Of a DNA stretch of 64,000 nt, positions 9,555 to 20,019 are shown in pieces. Under the pieces are notes generated by a model, which saw only the letters and a list, made by a program, of their open reading frames with translations, had not been told where the DNA came from and did no database searches. The position numbers and the translations under genes were made by a program. The stretch is from an uncultured Verrucomicrobia subdivision 3 bacterium (lineage in GTDB: Bacteria; Verrucomicrobiota; Verrucomicrobiia; Limisphaerales; UBA11358), in assembly GCA_903895255.1 (NCBI GenBank), contig CAITTG010000027.1, positions 30,991-94,990 on the forward strand, read 5' to 3'. Every line of letters begins with the position of its first letter. Position 1 is the first letter of the stretch.

Positions 9555-10709
9555 CTATGAGGCCGCGCTTGGCAAGCCTTGTCCGCAGCGCAAATCGGCC
9601 ACACATTCCACGTGTTGGGTTTGGGGGAACATATCCAGCGGGGTCACCCCCGCCAGTTCAAAGACACCCGCCTCGCACAGGATGTTCAAATCCCGGGCCA
9701 TGGTGGCCGGGTGGCAGGACACATAGATGATCTGCGCCGGCCGGGTTTGCCGCAGCAATTCCAAGGTCGCCGGCCAGCAGCCTTTGCGGGGCGGATCCAG
9801 CAATACTGTGGTCTGTCCCGGGGTTAATTGGCGCACCAACTCCGGCAAGATCTCCTCCACCGCCGCCGCGATGAACCGCCCGTTTGTGATCTGCCGCCGC
9901 TCCGCGTTTTTACGGGCCGACTGGATGGCCAGCTTGTCCAGTTCCACCCCCGTGAAGGAGGCCACACTGCCGGCGAGTTCAATGCCGAAGAAGCCCACGC
10001 CGCAATACAAGTCCACCAGATGCCCCGTGCCGGCGCTTTGCAAATACCCGCGCACGGTCTCAATCAACCGGGGCAGCAGGAAAAAATTATTCTGAAAAAA
10101 GGAGCTGGCCGGCACCTCCCAATTTTCCGGCGGCACCCGCAGCACCACTTTGATGCCGCCCTTGGGCGGCGGATTCGCCCGGACGCGCAGGATCTCGGCG
10201 TTTAGCGCCGGCTCCGCGATTTTACATTCGGTGATGTCCTCCACCAAACCGCCATCCGCGCGCACGAAACCGATGTTCAACTTCTGCTCCGGCTTGTTCC
10301 ACTGGCTGCGGATCATGATCCGGTTGCGGTAGCCATACGGCACCGGGCAGGGAATCACCGGCGCAATCACGGCGCGGGGAATTTTTCCGATGCGCTCGAA
10401 CAAATCGGCAATCTGCTTGTGCTTCAAGGCGAGCTGGGTGGGATAGGCAATGTGCTGGTACTGGCAGCCGCCGCACGCGGTAAAATAGGCGCAGGCGGGG
10501 TCCACCCGCTCCGGGGACGATTGCAGCACGCGCCGGAGCTTGCCCCGCGCGAAATTCTTCTTCACCTCCGTCACCTCCACCTCCACGCGCTCCCCCGTCA
10601 GCACATAAGGGACAAACACGACAAATTCATCCACACGGCCCACGCCCTCGCCGCCAAAGGCGATGTCGTGCACATCCAAGGTGAGAAGATCCCCAATGGT
10701 TACAGCCAC
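9555..10709 (-). CDS. TRAM-domain SAM-dependent RNA (uracil-5)-methyltransferase (RlmD/RumA-like)
   Basis: N-terminal TRAM-like GEGVGRVD...V.V.V.K, Fe-S cysteines CGGCQYQH, SAM motif VDLYCGVGFFG, C-terminal VSCHPAT. Confidence 0.8.
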   Translation of the reverse strand: MAVTIGDLLTLDVHDIAFGGEGVGRVDEFVVFVPYVLTGERVEVEVTEVKKNFARGKLRRVLQSSPERVDPACAYFTACGGCQYQHIAYPTQLALKHKQIADLFERIGKIPRAVIAPVIPCPVPYGYRNRIMIRSQWNKPEQKLNIGFVRADGGLVEDITECKIAEPALNAEILRVRANPPPKGGIKVVLRVPPENWEVPASSFFQNNFFLLPRLIETVRGYLQSAGTGHLVDLYCGVGFFGIELAGSVASFTGVELDKLAIQSARKNAERRQITNGRFIAAAVEEILPELVRQLTPGQTTVLLDPPRKGCWPATLELLRQTRPAQIIYVSCHPATMARDLNILCEAGVFELAGVTPLDMFPQTQHVECVADLRCGQGLPSAAS

Positions 10710-10713
10710 GTCG

Positions 10714-11457
10714 TTAATTCCTGGGTGGACCGCTCCGGGGGGGCGAGCGGCGCAACCCGTTTTGCAACCAGAGGCGCCACACCAGCCAGATGGCCTCGTT
10801 GACGATCCCCTTGGAGATTTTAGATTCGCCCTCCGTGCGGTCCGTGAAAATAATGGGAATCTCCACGATTTTAAAACCCTGGCGCCACAGCCGGTGGGTC
10901 ATTTCGATCTGAAAGCTGTACCCGTTCGAGCGCACGTCCTCCAATTGAATGGCCTCCAGGGCGCGCCGCCGAAAACATTTGTAGCCGCCCGTCGGATCCA
11001 TGAAGGGCATGCCGGTAACCCATTCCACGTACTTGCCCGCCGACCGGCTCAGCATCAAGCGGCTCAACGGCCAGTTAATCACGCGGACGCCGCCAATGTA
11101 GCGGGAGCCCAGCACGAGGTCCGCCTGCTCGGCCGCCTTTAAAAACTGCGGGATGTCGTCGGGATTGTGCGAGAAATCGCAGTCCATCTCGAAGATAAAT
11201 TCATAATGCCGCGCCAGCGCCCATTGAAATCCGGCGATGTAGGCGCGGCCCAGGCCGTTCTTGCCCGGCCGGTGCAAGACGTGGATTTGAGCGTGTTTGG
11301 CGGCCAGTTCATCCGCGATTTTACCGGTGCCATCCGGGGAATTGTCATCCACCACCAGCAGGTCCACGGGCACCGGCAATGACAACAGTTTTTGCGCGAT
11401 GCGCGGAAGGTTTTCCCGCTCATTGTAGGTTGGCACAATGATGAGACTGGAATTCAT
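10714..11457 (-). CDS. GT2 polyprenol-phosphate mannose/glucose synthase (Dpm1-like)
   Basis: IIVPTYNEREN...VVDDNSPDGT...MDCDFSHNP motifs of polyprenyl-phosphate glycosyltransferases. Confidence 0.85.
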   Translation of the reverse strand: MNSSLIIVPTYNERENLPRIAQKLLSLPVPVDLLVVDDNSPDGTGKIADELAAKHAQIHVLHRPGKNGLGRAYIAGFQWALARHYEFIFEMDCDFSHNPDDIPQFLKAAEQADLVLGSRYIGGVRVINWPLSRLMLSRSAGKYVEWVTGMPFMDPTGGYKCFRRRALEAIQLEDVRSNGYSFQIEMTHRLWRQGFKIVEIPIIFTDRTEGESKISKGIVNEAIWLVWRLWLQNGLRRSPPRSGPPRN

Positions 11458-11649
11458 CGGAACGTTGAACCGGATAATTATACAACTACAGACCCAAAAA
11501 CAAGCCGGCAGTTCAATGCGCCGGTGGAAACCATCCCGGCGCGAACTCGGTCAGCCACGGTTTTAGGAAAATTGTCCCGGGGTGGTTTCCCGGCCAAAGC
11601 CAGGCTTGCGACACTGCCAGCAGGGGACGCGGACCGGCAGCGGTTGGAC

Positions 11650-12285
11650 TTAACGGTTGGGCTGCGGGGTGTAACGGAGGTACGGCTTGATTTTCCGCAC
11701 CCCTTTCGGAAACAACTGGGCGGCATCCGCATCGGACACAGCGGGCACCACGATGCAATCCTGGCCATCCTTCCAGTTGGCGGGGGTCGCCACTTTGAAT
11801 TTGGCGGTGAGTTGCAGCGAGTCAATGACCCGCAGGATCTCCAGAAAATTCCGGCCCGTGCTGGCGGGATAGGTGAGCGTGAGCTTGATCTTCTTGTCCG
11901 GTCCGATGATGAAGACCGAGCGCACGGTGGCCTTGTCATCCGCGTTGGGATGAATCATGTCGTAGGCCGTGGCGATTTTCCGGTCCGGGTCGGCGATGAC
12001 CGGAAAATTCATGCTGCAGGACTGGGTTTCGTTGATGTCCAGCAGCCAGCGGTGATGCGATTCCAGCGGGTCCACGCTGACCGCCAGCACTTTGACGTTG
12101 CGCTTGGCGAATTCCTCCTTGATCACGGCCACGGCTCCGAGCTCGGTGGTGCAGACCGGGGTGAAATCGGCGGGGTGGGAGAAGAGGACGCCCCAGCCGG
12201 TGCCCAGCCACTGGTGGAAATCCAATTCGCCCTCGGTGGTTTGGGCGGTAAAGTTGGGGGCTAGGTCACCAAGTCGTAAGCTCAT
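11650..12285 (-). CDS. 1-Cys peroxiredoxin (Prx6-type)
   Basis: FSHPADFTPVCTTE active-site motif. The 211-aa length is typical of the family. Confidence 0.9.
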   Translation of the reverse strand: MSLRLGDLAPNFTAQTTEGELDFHQWLGTGWGVLFSHPADFTPVCTTELGAVAVIKEEFAKRNVKVLAVSVDPLESHHRWLLDINETQSCSMNFPVIADPDRKIATAYDMIHPNADDKATVRSVFIIGPDKKIKLTLTYPASTGRNFLEILRVIDSLQLTAKFKVATPANWKDGQDCIVVPAVSDADAAQLFPKGVRKIKPYLRYTPQPNR

Positions 12286-12401
12286 AAGTTAAATATTTCG
12301 GAAAATATCCATAAAGTCCCGGGCGGGCGCAACCAAATTCCGGCCCCCGCCCCGCGCATTTCCTCCTTCCTGCCGGCCGGTAAAACCGGCATATTAACGG
12401 G

Positions 12402-14015
12402 GTGTCAAATCTGATCGCCATCGTCGGACGCCCCAATGTCGGCAAGTCCGCCCTCTTTAACCGCATCATCGGGAAGCGGATTGCCATCGTTCACGACCAG
12501 CCCGGCGTCACCCGCGACCGCGTGAGCGTCGAGGCCGAATGGCATGGCCGGCCCTACACGCTCGTGGATACCGGCGGCATCGGGCTGCTGCGCGGCGAAA
12601 AGGCCAATGACATCATCACGCAAGCGGCGTTTGAACAGGTGGAAATTGCCATCGAGGCCGCCCATGCCATCATTCTCGTGGTCAACGTCCAGGAGGGCAT
12701 CGTCCCGCTGGACCGCGAGGTCGCCGCGCGGCTGCGTAAAAGCGGCAAGCCCGTGATTGTGGCGGTCAACAAGGTGGACGCCTCCCACAAGGAAAAGGAC
12801 GCGGACGAATTCGCCGCCCTGGGCTTTGACACCTTCCTGCCCGTCAGCGCAATTCACGGCGAGGGCATTCAAAACCTGATGGATGCCGCTTTCGCCCTGC
12901 TGCCCCCGGCCCCGGCCGTGACGCCGACCGCCACGGAGGTTGAGCCCGCCGCGCCGGAAACGGAAAGTGATCCCGCCGCCACGCCCAAATTCCTGCCCCG
13001 GCCGGCCGGTCCGCTCAAAATCGCCATCGTTGGCCGGCCCAACGTCGGCAAATCCTCCATCATCAACGCCCTGACCAATTCCTCCCGCGTCATCGTCTCG
13101 CCCATTCCCGGCACCACCCGCGATTCGGTGGATGTGCCCTTCGAAGTTGAAACCGATGGGGTGCGGTCCAAATACGTGCTCATTGACACCGCCGGCCTGC
13201 GCAAAGCCCGCAAGGTGGATGATTCCATCGAGTTTTACAGCGCCCAGCGCACGGTGGACAGCATTGCCCGCTGCGACATCGCCGTGCTGGTGATCGACGC
13301 TGAGTCCGGCATCCTGGAGCAGGATAAGAAGATTGCCGATAAAATTGTCGAGGAACACCGCGCCTGCATTGTGGTGGTGAACAAATGGGATTTGTTCGAT
13401 GAAGACGTGCGGGCCTCGCGCAAGAAAGAGATCGCCCGGCGCGATGACAAGAACAAGGTGCGGTTCGAGGGCCAGCCCCGCATTCTAACCACCCTCATGG
13501 AATTCGGGGCCTGGGTGCAGGAGAAATTGTTTTTTCTGGATTACGCCCCGGTCATTTTCACCTCCGCCAAGTCGGGTTTTCACCTGGACCGCCTGCTCGA
13601 AGCCATCCGCTACGTCGCGGCGCAATTGCAGCAGAAAGTCCCCACCGCCATCCTCAACCGCACCCTGCGGGATGCGGTGGAGCGCCGCCAGCCCGTCAGC
13701 GCCAGCGGACACCGGCTCAAATTTTTCTACGCCACCCAGGTCCGGCAATCGCCGCCGACCTTCCTGCTGTTTGTAAACCGGGACGAGTTGTTCTCCGACT
13801 CCTACAAGAAGAACCTGGCGGGGGAAATGCGCAAGGCCTTCGGTTACGAGGGCTGCCCCCTCCTGCTCGTGCCCAAGGCCCGGCCGAAAACCGTGGCCCC
13901 CATCCGCAAATTCAAGGATTCCCCCGGGCAGTCCGCGTCCCGCTCGCCGCAACGCCGGGTGAACGCCGACCATAAGCACTCCTCGCCGCGCGGCAAACGC
14001 TCCCGGCAGTCGTAA
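12402..14015 (+). CDS. der: Ribosome-biogenesis GTPase Der (EngA), with a linker insertion and basic C-terminal tail
   Basis: Two G domains (GRPNVGKSALFN and GRPNVGKSSIIN, DTGG/DTAG, NKVD/NKWD) followed by a KH-like domain. GTG start. Confidence 0.9.
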   Translation: MSNLIAIVGRPNVGKSALFNRIIGKRIAIVHDQPGVTRDRVSVEAEWHGRPYTLVDTGGIGLLRGEKANDIITQAAFEQVEIAIEAAHAIILVVNVQEGIVPLDREVAARLRKSGKPVIVAVNKVDASHKEKDADEFAALGFDTFLPVSAIHGEGIQNLMDAAFALLPPAPAVTPTATEVEPAAPETESDPAATPKFLPRPAGPLKIAIVGRPNVGKSSIINALTNSSRVIVSPIPGTTRDSVDVPFEVETDGVRSKYVLIDTAGLRKARKVDDSIEFYSAQRTVDSIARCDIAVLVIDAESGILEQDKKIADKIVEEHRACIVVVNKWDLFDEDVRASRKKEIARRDDKNKVRFEGQPRILTTLMEFGAWVQEKLFFLDYAPVIFTSAKSGFHLDRLLEAIRYVAAQLQQKVPTAILNRTLRDAVERRQPVSASGHRLKFFYATQVRQSPPTFLLFVNRDELFSDSYKKNLAGEMRKAFGYEGCPLLLVPKARPKTVAPIRKFKDSPGQSASRSPQRRVNADHKHSSPRGKRSRQS

Positions 14016-14187
14016 GCAGCAAAGTGGTTGGCTGGTGGCGGGCAAGGTTTGCAGCGGCCGCCCCTGCCCTGCCACCGCCCCCCGGCCGCCCGCCCGTTGC
14101 CGGGGCAATTAGGCACCGGCATCCTGGCGGGAAAACGGGCAAATTGAATAAGCCCTGCTTAATTTTAGAATTATTTTTTCCAGCAAT

Positions 14188-14216
14188 TTGACAAATTCAG
14201 ACACCTGGACGATATT
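14188..14216 (+). promoter_or_regulatory. Candidate sigma70-type promoter for the PEP-CTERM gene
   Basis: TTGACA (14188-14193), 17-nt spacer, GATATT (14211-14216), ~50 nt upstream of the ATG at 14269, preceded by an AT-rich tract. Confidence 0.4.
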
Positions 14217-14268
14217 GCCCTGTAGTCAACCAGGAAACACCAGCAACCAATCAACCAACAGGAAGTCT

Positions 14269-15222
14269 ATGCCTGCATCCCGAAAAAAACACCTTGTGAC
14301 CCTGCCACTCCTCACCGGTTTGCTCAGTTACTCCGCATACTCGGTATGCGCCCAAAGCGCCTCGGAAAATTATAACATGATCACCGGCTACGGCGGCCAG
14401 CTCCTCGCCCAGGGCAATGCCGGGGTCAACGGCAGCCAGGCGCTGATGAACAACTCCTGCGCGCCCACGGCCGTGGCCAACGGGCTGTCCTACTTGCAGG
14501 CCTACGGTTACAGCACGGACAACAATCCGTTCAGCACCAACCCCAACAGCTACGCCACCGTGAACGCGCTCCAGACCGCCATGGGGACGGACCCGGTGTA
14601 CGCCACCAGCGGGGCCGGCGCCCTCAGCGGCACCCAGACCTGGCTGGCCGACCATCCGACCACCCCGACGGTGTATGCCTCCCAAAACGCCGCCCCCTCG
14701 CTGTCCGTCCTGGCGAACTTTCTGAACCGGAACGACGGTGTACAATTGGGTATATTGTGGAGCACGGTGGCGAACCCCATCGTCAACAACGGGTCCTTCA
14801 CCCCGATGAACGGGGGGCACTTTGTTTCCCTCGATTCCGTGGATGGCACCGACGGGACCATCGGGATTCTGGATCCCTGGGGAACCGGGACCTCGAATGG
14901 CGCCGGCGGGTACAACGCCGCGACCACCCCCACGCAGGACACCCTCGACTTCTCCGTCGTGAATATTGCGGCCGGTGGGGTGAACTCCCTGGCGGCCGGC
15001 ACTTATCTGAAGGTGACCTATGCCACCCCCATCCCCCCTTACGGTGATTTCCCGTCGCTCCCGTCGGGCACCGCTTATGCGGGCGCGGGCGGCACCGGTC
15101 TGATTGTGCTGGACCAGGTGGAGAGCTTGGTGCCCACGCCGGAACCCTCCTCGCTAATCATGTCCGCGCTCGCCACGGCGGGCATTGGCGGCTTCGCCTT
15201 TTTGCGCCGCCGCAAGGCCTGA
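14269..15222 (+). CDS. PEP-CTERM-anchored secreted protein with a papain-like (C39-like) cysteine peptidase signature
   Basis: Signal peptide after MPASRKK. Q-x6-C (GSQALMNNSCAPTAVANGL) and GGHFVSL...DPWG motifs. C-terminal PTPEPSSL + TM helix + RRRKA sorting signal. Confidence 0.75.
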   Translation: MPASRKKHLVTLPLLTGLLSYSAYSVCAQSASENYNMITGYGGQLLAQGNAGVNGSQALMNNSCAPTAVANGLSYLQAYGYSTDNNPFSTNPNSYATVNALQTAMGTDPVYATSGAGALSGTQTWLADHPTTPTVYASQNAAPSLSVLANFLNRNDGVQLGILWSTVANPIVNNGSFTPMNGGHFVSLDSVDGTDGTIGILDPWGTGTSNGAGGYNAATTPTQDTLDFSVVNIAAGGVNSLAAGTYLKVTYATPIPPYGDFPSLPSGTAYAGAGGTGLIVLDQVESLVPTPEPSSLIMSALATAGIGGFAFLRRRKA

Positions 15223-15241
15223 TACCCCTGTTCCCTCCGCG

Positions 15242-15270
15242 CCGCCCCGGGCCACCGGGGCGGTTTTTTT
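15242..15270 (+). terminator. Rho-independent terminator
   Basis: CCGCCCCGG / CCGGGGCGG 9-bp stem, 4-nt loop, then TTTTTTT (15264-15270), 20 nt after the stop codon. Confidence 0.8.
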
Positions 15271-15399
15271 ATGTTCACCACCGGTGGCAGTCTGCGGGGC
15301 GGCATGGCCAGGCCCACTGCCCGAGTGCGGGGGCGGCTCCCTGCGGAACCCGGCCAGGCGGGCAGCCGAATTACGAACCAACCCAAGGGATATGTCAGT

Positions 15400-18300
15400 T
15401 CAAGGCTTGCCGACACCCGGCTTGGCCAGCACGCGTTGCAGGGCCCGCGCGAGCGCGGCGAGGGACAGGGGTTTTTCCAGCAATTCCGCGATGCGGGTCT
15501 CCTGGAGAGTGTCGGCATTCACGGCATAGGCATGACCCGTGGCCAGGATGACGGGCAGGTCGCCCCGCAGGGCGTGCAATTCGCGGGCCAGCTCCAGGCC
15601 ACTGAGTTCGGGCATGGTCAGGTCGCTGATGACGACGTCAAATTGATGGGGATTTTCGCGGCACAGCCGGAGGGCTTCACGCGCAACATTGCAGGTGGTG
15701 ACTTGATAATTCAGACGCTCCAGCAGCGTCTGGAAAGGTCCGGTGAGGTCGGGCTCATCGTCAATGAATAATATCCGCTGCTTCTGGCCTTGGGGAATGC
15801 TGCCCGCCGGGCTTGCCGGAACGATAATAGCTTCGGTTTGCGCGGGAAAGAACAGGTCAAACGTGGCTCCCTGGCCCGGCTGGCTGGCCACGGTAATAAA
15901 CCCCTGATGCGCCTGCACAATGCCATGGACCACCGCCAGCCCCAGACCGGTGCCCTTGCCCACCGCCTTGGTGGTGAAAAAGGGCTCAAAGATGTGTTCG
16001 CGGGTCCGGGCATCCATGCCCTGGCCATTATCAATGACGGTCAAACGCGCATAGCCGCCGGGCGGTATCTCCGGGTGGGTTTGATGAAAGTCCGCGCCCA
16101 CCTCAAAAGCGGCGAGGGACACCACGAGCCGGCCGGGGCCGCCTTCCATGGCATGCAGGGCATTGGTGCCCAGATTCATAACCACCTGGTAGATTTGGGT
16201 GGGATCCGCGAGCACCGCCGGGGCGGCTTCCTCCAGGTTGACCTCAATGGTGAGATTGGCCGGCAGGGAAGCGCGCAACAATTTAACGGCCTCCTTGACC
16301 ACGGTGGCCAGCCGGATCACCTCGCGTTTTTGCTCGCGCTGACGGCTGAACGTGAGGATTTGCTGGACGAGATCCTGGGCGCGGTTGGCCGCCTTGAAGA
16401 TTTCCGCCAGGTGCTCTTGCGCCCGGGGGTGGCCGGCCATTTCCTGCTGGGCGAGATAGCCGTAGCCGTACATGGCACAGAGGATGTTGTTGAAATCATG
16501 CGCAATGCCGCCGGCGAGGGTGCCAATGGCCTCCATTTTTTGCGCCTGCCGGTATTGGGCCTCCAGTTGCCGAGCCTGGGTGATGTCGCGGATGGTCCAC
16601 AAGCGGCCATAGAAGCGCCCGTCCTGACCGCGCACCGGAGCGGATTGCCGGCTGAGCAGCGTGCCACTTTTGAGCTCAAGCTCGTCCTGCAGGACCTCCT
16701 CGGGATGCGCCTGAATATGCGCGAACTTGGCCTCAAACAGGACGGGATCACAAACCTGCCCCTTCACAAATTCAAACTGCTGCCGGTCGTCCGGGTTGGC
16801 GGCAACCGCGGGAGGCAGGGCCCAGAGTTCCACCACCTTCTGGTTCTGCAAAATTTTGCGGAGTTGATTGTCCACCACCAGAATGCCGTCGGCGGAGGAA
16901 TGCACGAGCGCCTCCAAAAAGGCGGTTTTCCAGAGCAATTCCTCGGTGCGGGCCTTGCGCTCGGTGATGTCGTGCACAAAGGCACAGTTGAACTCCTGGC
17001 CCTCAAATTCGAGGTAATTGGCCGTGACTTCCACGGTGAGCAACCGGCCATCCTTGGTGCGCGCGGGCGCCTCGAACTTGAGGGTCTTTTTCTCGCGGAG
17101 TTCCGCCCAGTGCCGTGCCCAAACGGCCGGGGGATGGGCGGGATTGAGGTCATGGGCGGAAAGGGTTTGAATCTCCCCGATGCTATAGCCAATCAGGCGG
17201 CTGGCGGCCGGATTGGCACGAAGGAACCGGCCATCCGGGCCCAGCCACCAAATGGCGTCGCCGGAATGTTCCAGGGCGAACTGGGTCAGGCGCTGGGTTT
17301 GTTCCTCCTGTTTGCGGGCGGTGATGTCGCGGCCCACCACCACCGCGCCCACGATGCCGCCGGCCGCGTCGCGAATGGGGCTGAAACTGCAACTGCCAAC
17401 CCAGGTTTCCCCGGTGTCCTGGCGGCGGAAATGGTACTCGATGTTGGCGACCGTCTCCCCCCGGAGGGCGCGCGGGACCGCCCACCGTTCCAGTGGGACC
17501 AGCTCACCGTTGGGCAAACAAACCTCAATCAAGGCGGGATAGTCGGCCAGCCGCCGGGAGCACGCGGATTTGCTGGGGAATTTGTGGAAGGTGGCGAACG
17601 CTTCATTAATTTCCAGAACCTCCCCCGTGGCATCCGAAATGAAAACCGCATCCGTCATGCTGGCGAGCGCGGCATCCAGCTTGGACCGGCTGGTGCGCAA
17701 CTCGACATCCGCCAGCTTGCGCTCGGTGATGTCCACCACCGTGGTCAAATCCTCAAAGCCGCCGTCCGGACGCCGCTGGCGTTTATACGAAAAAACCACC
17801 CACACGCAGCGGCCATCCAGGCGCTGGTAACGCTTTTCCATGTTAAAACTCCCCACCCGGTCCGGGCCCAGTTGGTCGGCCAGGGCCTGCTGGCGCACAT
17901 AGTCCTCCGGATGCGTCAGTTGCCGGTAAATCCCCGTTTGTTGATCTTGCTCCGCAGTCAGCCCGCAAATCTGGAGATGCGCCAGGTTCGTGATGCGCTG
18001 CAACCCGCCATCGGGTTGCACCACGGCATAGGCGATCCCGATGGGCACCGAATCAAAGATCAATTTAAAGCGCGCCTGCTCCTGCGCGATTTTCTCCTCC
18101 GTGAGCCGGCGGTCGGCAATGTCCTCCACCACCGCCATGGTGCGCAGGGGCTGCCCGGCGGCATCCCGGATGACGGTCATGTTGATGCTGACCCAGGTAA
18201 TCGATCCGTCCTTGCGGAGATACCGTTTCTCCACCCGGTAGTCCGGGGCGTCCCCGCGAACGACCGATTGATAGAGCTGCCAGTCGTGCTCACGATCCTC

Positions 18301-19638
18301 CGGGTGGGTGATGTCCGGCACGCGCAACCGTAGCAACTCCGCCTCCGGGTAGCCGGTGATGGCGCACATTTTGCGGTTCACCTGGAGGAATTGCCCCGTG
18401 CGCGGATCGGTCTGGGACATCCCCACCGCGACGGTTTCAAACATGGCGCGAAATTGCAACTCGCTCTTGCGCAACGCTTCCTCCGCCAGCTTGCGCTCGG
18501 TGATGTTGGCGTGGGCCACCACCACCTCCGGGCCGGCCCCCAACCGCGTCACATCCATGACAAACCACCGGTTTTCCGCGGGGGAATGGCAGGGGTACTC
18601 CAGCGAGTAACGCTCCTGCCGGCCGGTTATGACGGCCGTGATGCCCGCCTCGGCCGCGAGGGAGTCCGGCGTGGCGCTCGCGCGGCAAATCTCCAGATAG
18701 TTGGTCCCGGGCCCGGTCCGCGGCGAGAGGTGGTTCGCCTCCCGCGCATTGACCCGGGCAAATTCCTGCCAGCGCGCATTCACCGCGATAATCTTGCCCG
18801 AACCGTCCAGCACCGCGATATGCGCGTTCACGGAATCAAGAATGGCCTGGTTAAAAACCTCGCTCTGCCGCAAAGCCGCCTCGGCCTGCTTCCGCGCGGT
18901 GATGACGTCGAACACGGCCACGAAATGGTCTGGCGCCGGACAGTACAGCGCGATGGCGAACCATTGCTGTAACGAGGCGACATAGGACTCGAGCTTTTCG
19001 GGAATGCCGCTGCGCGCCACCCGTCCGTAAGCCGCCAAAAGTTCCGCATCGGTGGCTTGAAACCCCGGAATCACCTCGCTAACCCACCGCCCGACCACGT
19101 TTTTCAAGCCGGTCAGGCTCGCAAAGGCCTGATTCACCGCGAGGTAGCGGAAATCCCGGGGTTCGTCGTTTTCAAACCGCATGCGACAGTAGGCGAAACC
19201 GTTGAGCATGTGGTCGAACAGGGAGCGGTAACGCTCCTCGGCTACCACGCGCTCCCGCCGGGTGGCGGCATCGCGCTGGCAGCGCTCAATCGCCGGGAGC
19301 AGCCGTTTGAGATTGCCCTTCAGCACATAATCCGCGACCCCCAGTTGGAGTAGTTCCACCGTGCGTTCCTCGCCCAGGGTGCCGGAAACCAGGATCAACG
19401 GCACTTCCGGATGGTGGGACTGCAAACAGGCGATCGTGTCGGCAAACTCCAGGCCGGGCACGATATAATCGGATATGACCACATCCCAGCCACCCGCCGC
19501 GAGAGCGGCCTTTAAATCGGGCAGGGTCGCCACGCATCGGCAGCGGGCACCGGGGGCAGGCTGCCGCAGGTGATGCTCCAGGAGTTCGTAGTCGGCGGGG
19601 TCATCTTCGATGACCAGGCAGTTGAGTTGAGTGTTCAT
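15400..19638 (-). CDS. Hybrid sensor histidine kinase: N-terminal receiver, multiple PAS/PAC domains, HisKA-HATPase, C-terminal receiver
   Basis: [14 protein letters not shown] receiver at the N-terminus. At least 6 PAS-like repeats, each ending in a DITERK/DITARK-type motif. H-box [11 protein letters not shown] boxes ([22 protein letters not shown]). C-terminal ILFIDDEP...SDLTMPE receiver. The ATG at 19638 is preferred over the track start at 19704. Confidence 0.9.
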   Translation of the reverse strand: MNTQLNCLVIEDDPADYELLEHHLRQPAPGARCRCVATLPDLKAALAAGGWDVVISDYIVPGLEFADTIACLQSHHPEVPLILVSGTLGEERTVELLQLGVADYVLKGNLKRLLPAIERCQRDAATRRERVVAEERYRSLFDHMLNGFAYCRMRFENDEPRDFRYLAVNQAFASLTGLKNVVGRWVSEVIPGFQATDAELLAAYGRVARSGIPEKLESYVASLQQWFAIALYCPAPDHFVAVFDVITARKQAEAALRQSEVFNQAILDSVNAHIAVLDGSGKIIAVNARWQEFARVNAREANHLSPRTGPGTNYLEICRASATPDSLAAEAGITAVITGRQERYSLEYPCHSPAENRWFVMDVTRLGAGPEVVVAHANITERKLAEEALRKSELQFRAMFETVAVGMSQTDPRTGQFLQVNRKMCAITGYPEAELLRLRVPDITHPEDREHDWQLYQSVVRGDAPDYRVEKRYLRKDGSITWVSINMTVIRDAAGQPLRTMAVVEDIADRRLTEEKIAQEQARFKLIFDSVPIGIAYAVVQPDGGLQRITNLAHLQICGLTAEQDQQTGIYRQLTHPEDYVRQQALADQLGPDRVGSFNMEKRYQRLDGRCVWVVFSYKRQRRPDGGFEDLTTVVDITERKLADVELRTSRSKLDAALASMTDAVFISDATGEVLEINEAFATFHKFPSKSACSRRLADYPALIEVCLPNGELVPLERWAVPRALRGETVANIEYHFRRQDTGETWVGSCSFSPIRDAAGGIVGAVVVGRDITARKQEEQTQRLTQFALEHSGDAIWWLGPDGRFLRANPAASRLIGYSIGEIQTLSAHDLNPAHPPAVWARHWAELREKKTLKFEAPARTKDGRLLTVEVTANYLEFEGQEFNCAFVHDITERKARTEELLWKTAFLEALVHSSADGILVVDNQLRKILQNQKVVELWALPPAVAANPDDRQQFEFVKGQVCDPVLFEAKFAHIQAHPEEVLQDELELKSGTLLSRQSAPVRGQDGRFYGRLWTIRDITQARQLEAQYRQAQKMEAIGTLAGGIAHDFNNILCAMYGYGYLAQQEMAGHPRAQEHLAEIFKAANRAQDLVQQILTFSRQREQKREVIRLATVVKEAVKLLRASLPANLTIEVNLEEAAPAVLADPTQIYQVVMNLGTNALHAMEGGPGRLVVSLAAFEVGADFHQTHPEIPPGGYARLTVIDNGQGMDARTREHIFEPFFTTKAVGKGTGLGLAVVHGIVQAHQGFITVASQPGQGATFDLFFPAQTEAIIVPASPAGSIPQGQKQRILFIDDEPDLTGPFQTLLERLNYQVTTCNVAREALRLCRENPHQFDVVISDLTMPELSGLELARELHALRGDLPVILATGHAYAVNADTLQETRIAELLEKPLSLAALARALQRVLAKPGVGKP

Positions 19639-20019
19639 ACGCAGGCAATCCACTCGGTGTGTCAGGCTGCCCTGACTGTGGGGGGGGCGGCCGGAAAAAC
19701 ACAATCTATTTCGCCAAAAGTGTGATTTTTTTTGGCGGGTGGGGGCCCGGCCACAAGGCGGGGTTTTACCCAGTAATGGGTAATTGTCATCATTGTTCTA
19801 ATTATATACCGCCAAAAGCCGGATAATTCTTGGTATTTTTCGAGCGGCAACCAAAAGGGATTTAACGCTTTCCTGCATTCCGCGTTGCTCATTCGCTCCC
19901 CGCGCCACCACCGCCCGGGAGGACGGCAGAAAATAGCCCAACGATTCATCAAGAGGGTTTTCCTTGAGCCCAGAACAAGTCCCGCAGGGACGGAAGATAA
20001 TCACCGGCTGAGTCCGAGT

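Noticed and set aside
15790-18333. 847-aa plus-strand ORF
   Set aside because: Antisense to the multi-PAS hybrid kinase, which has clear kinase and PAS motifs. The translation is Gly/Arg/Leu-rich without motifs.
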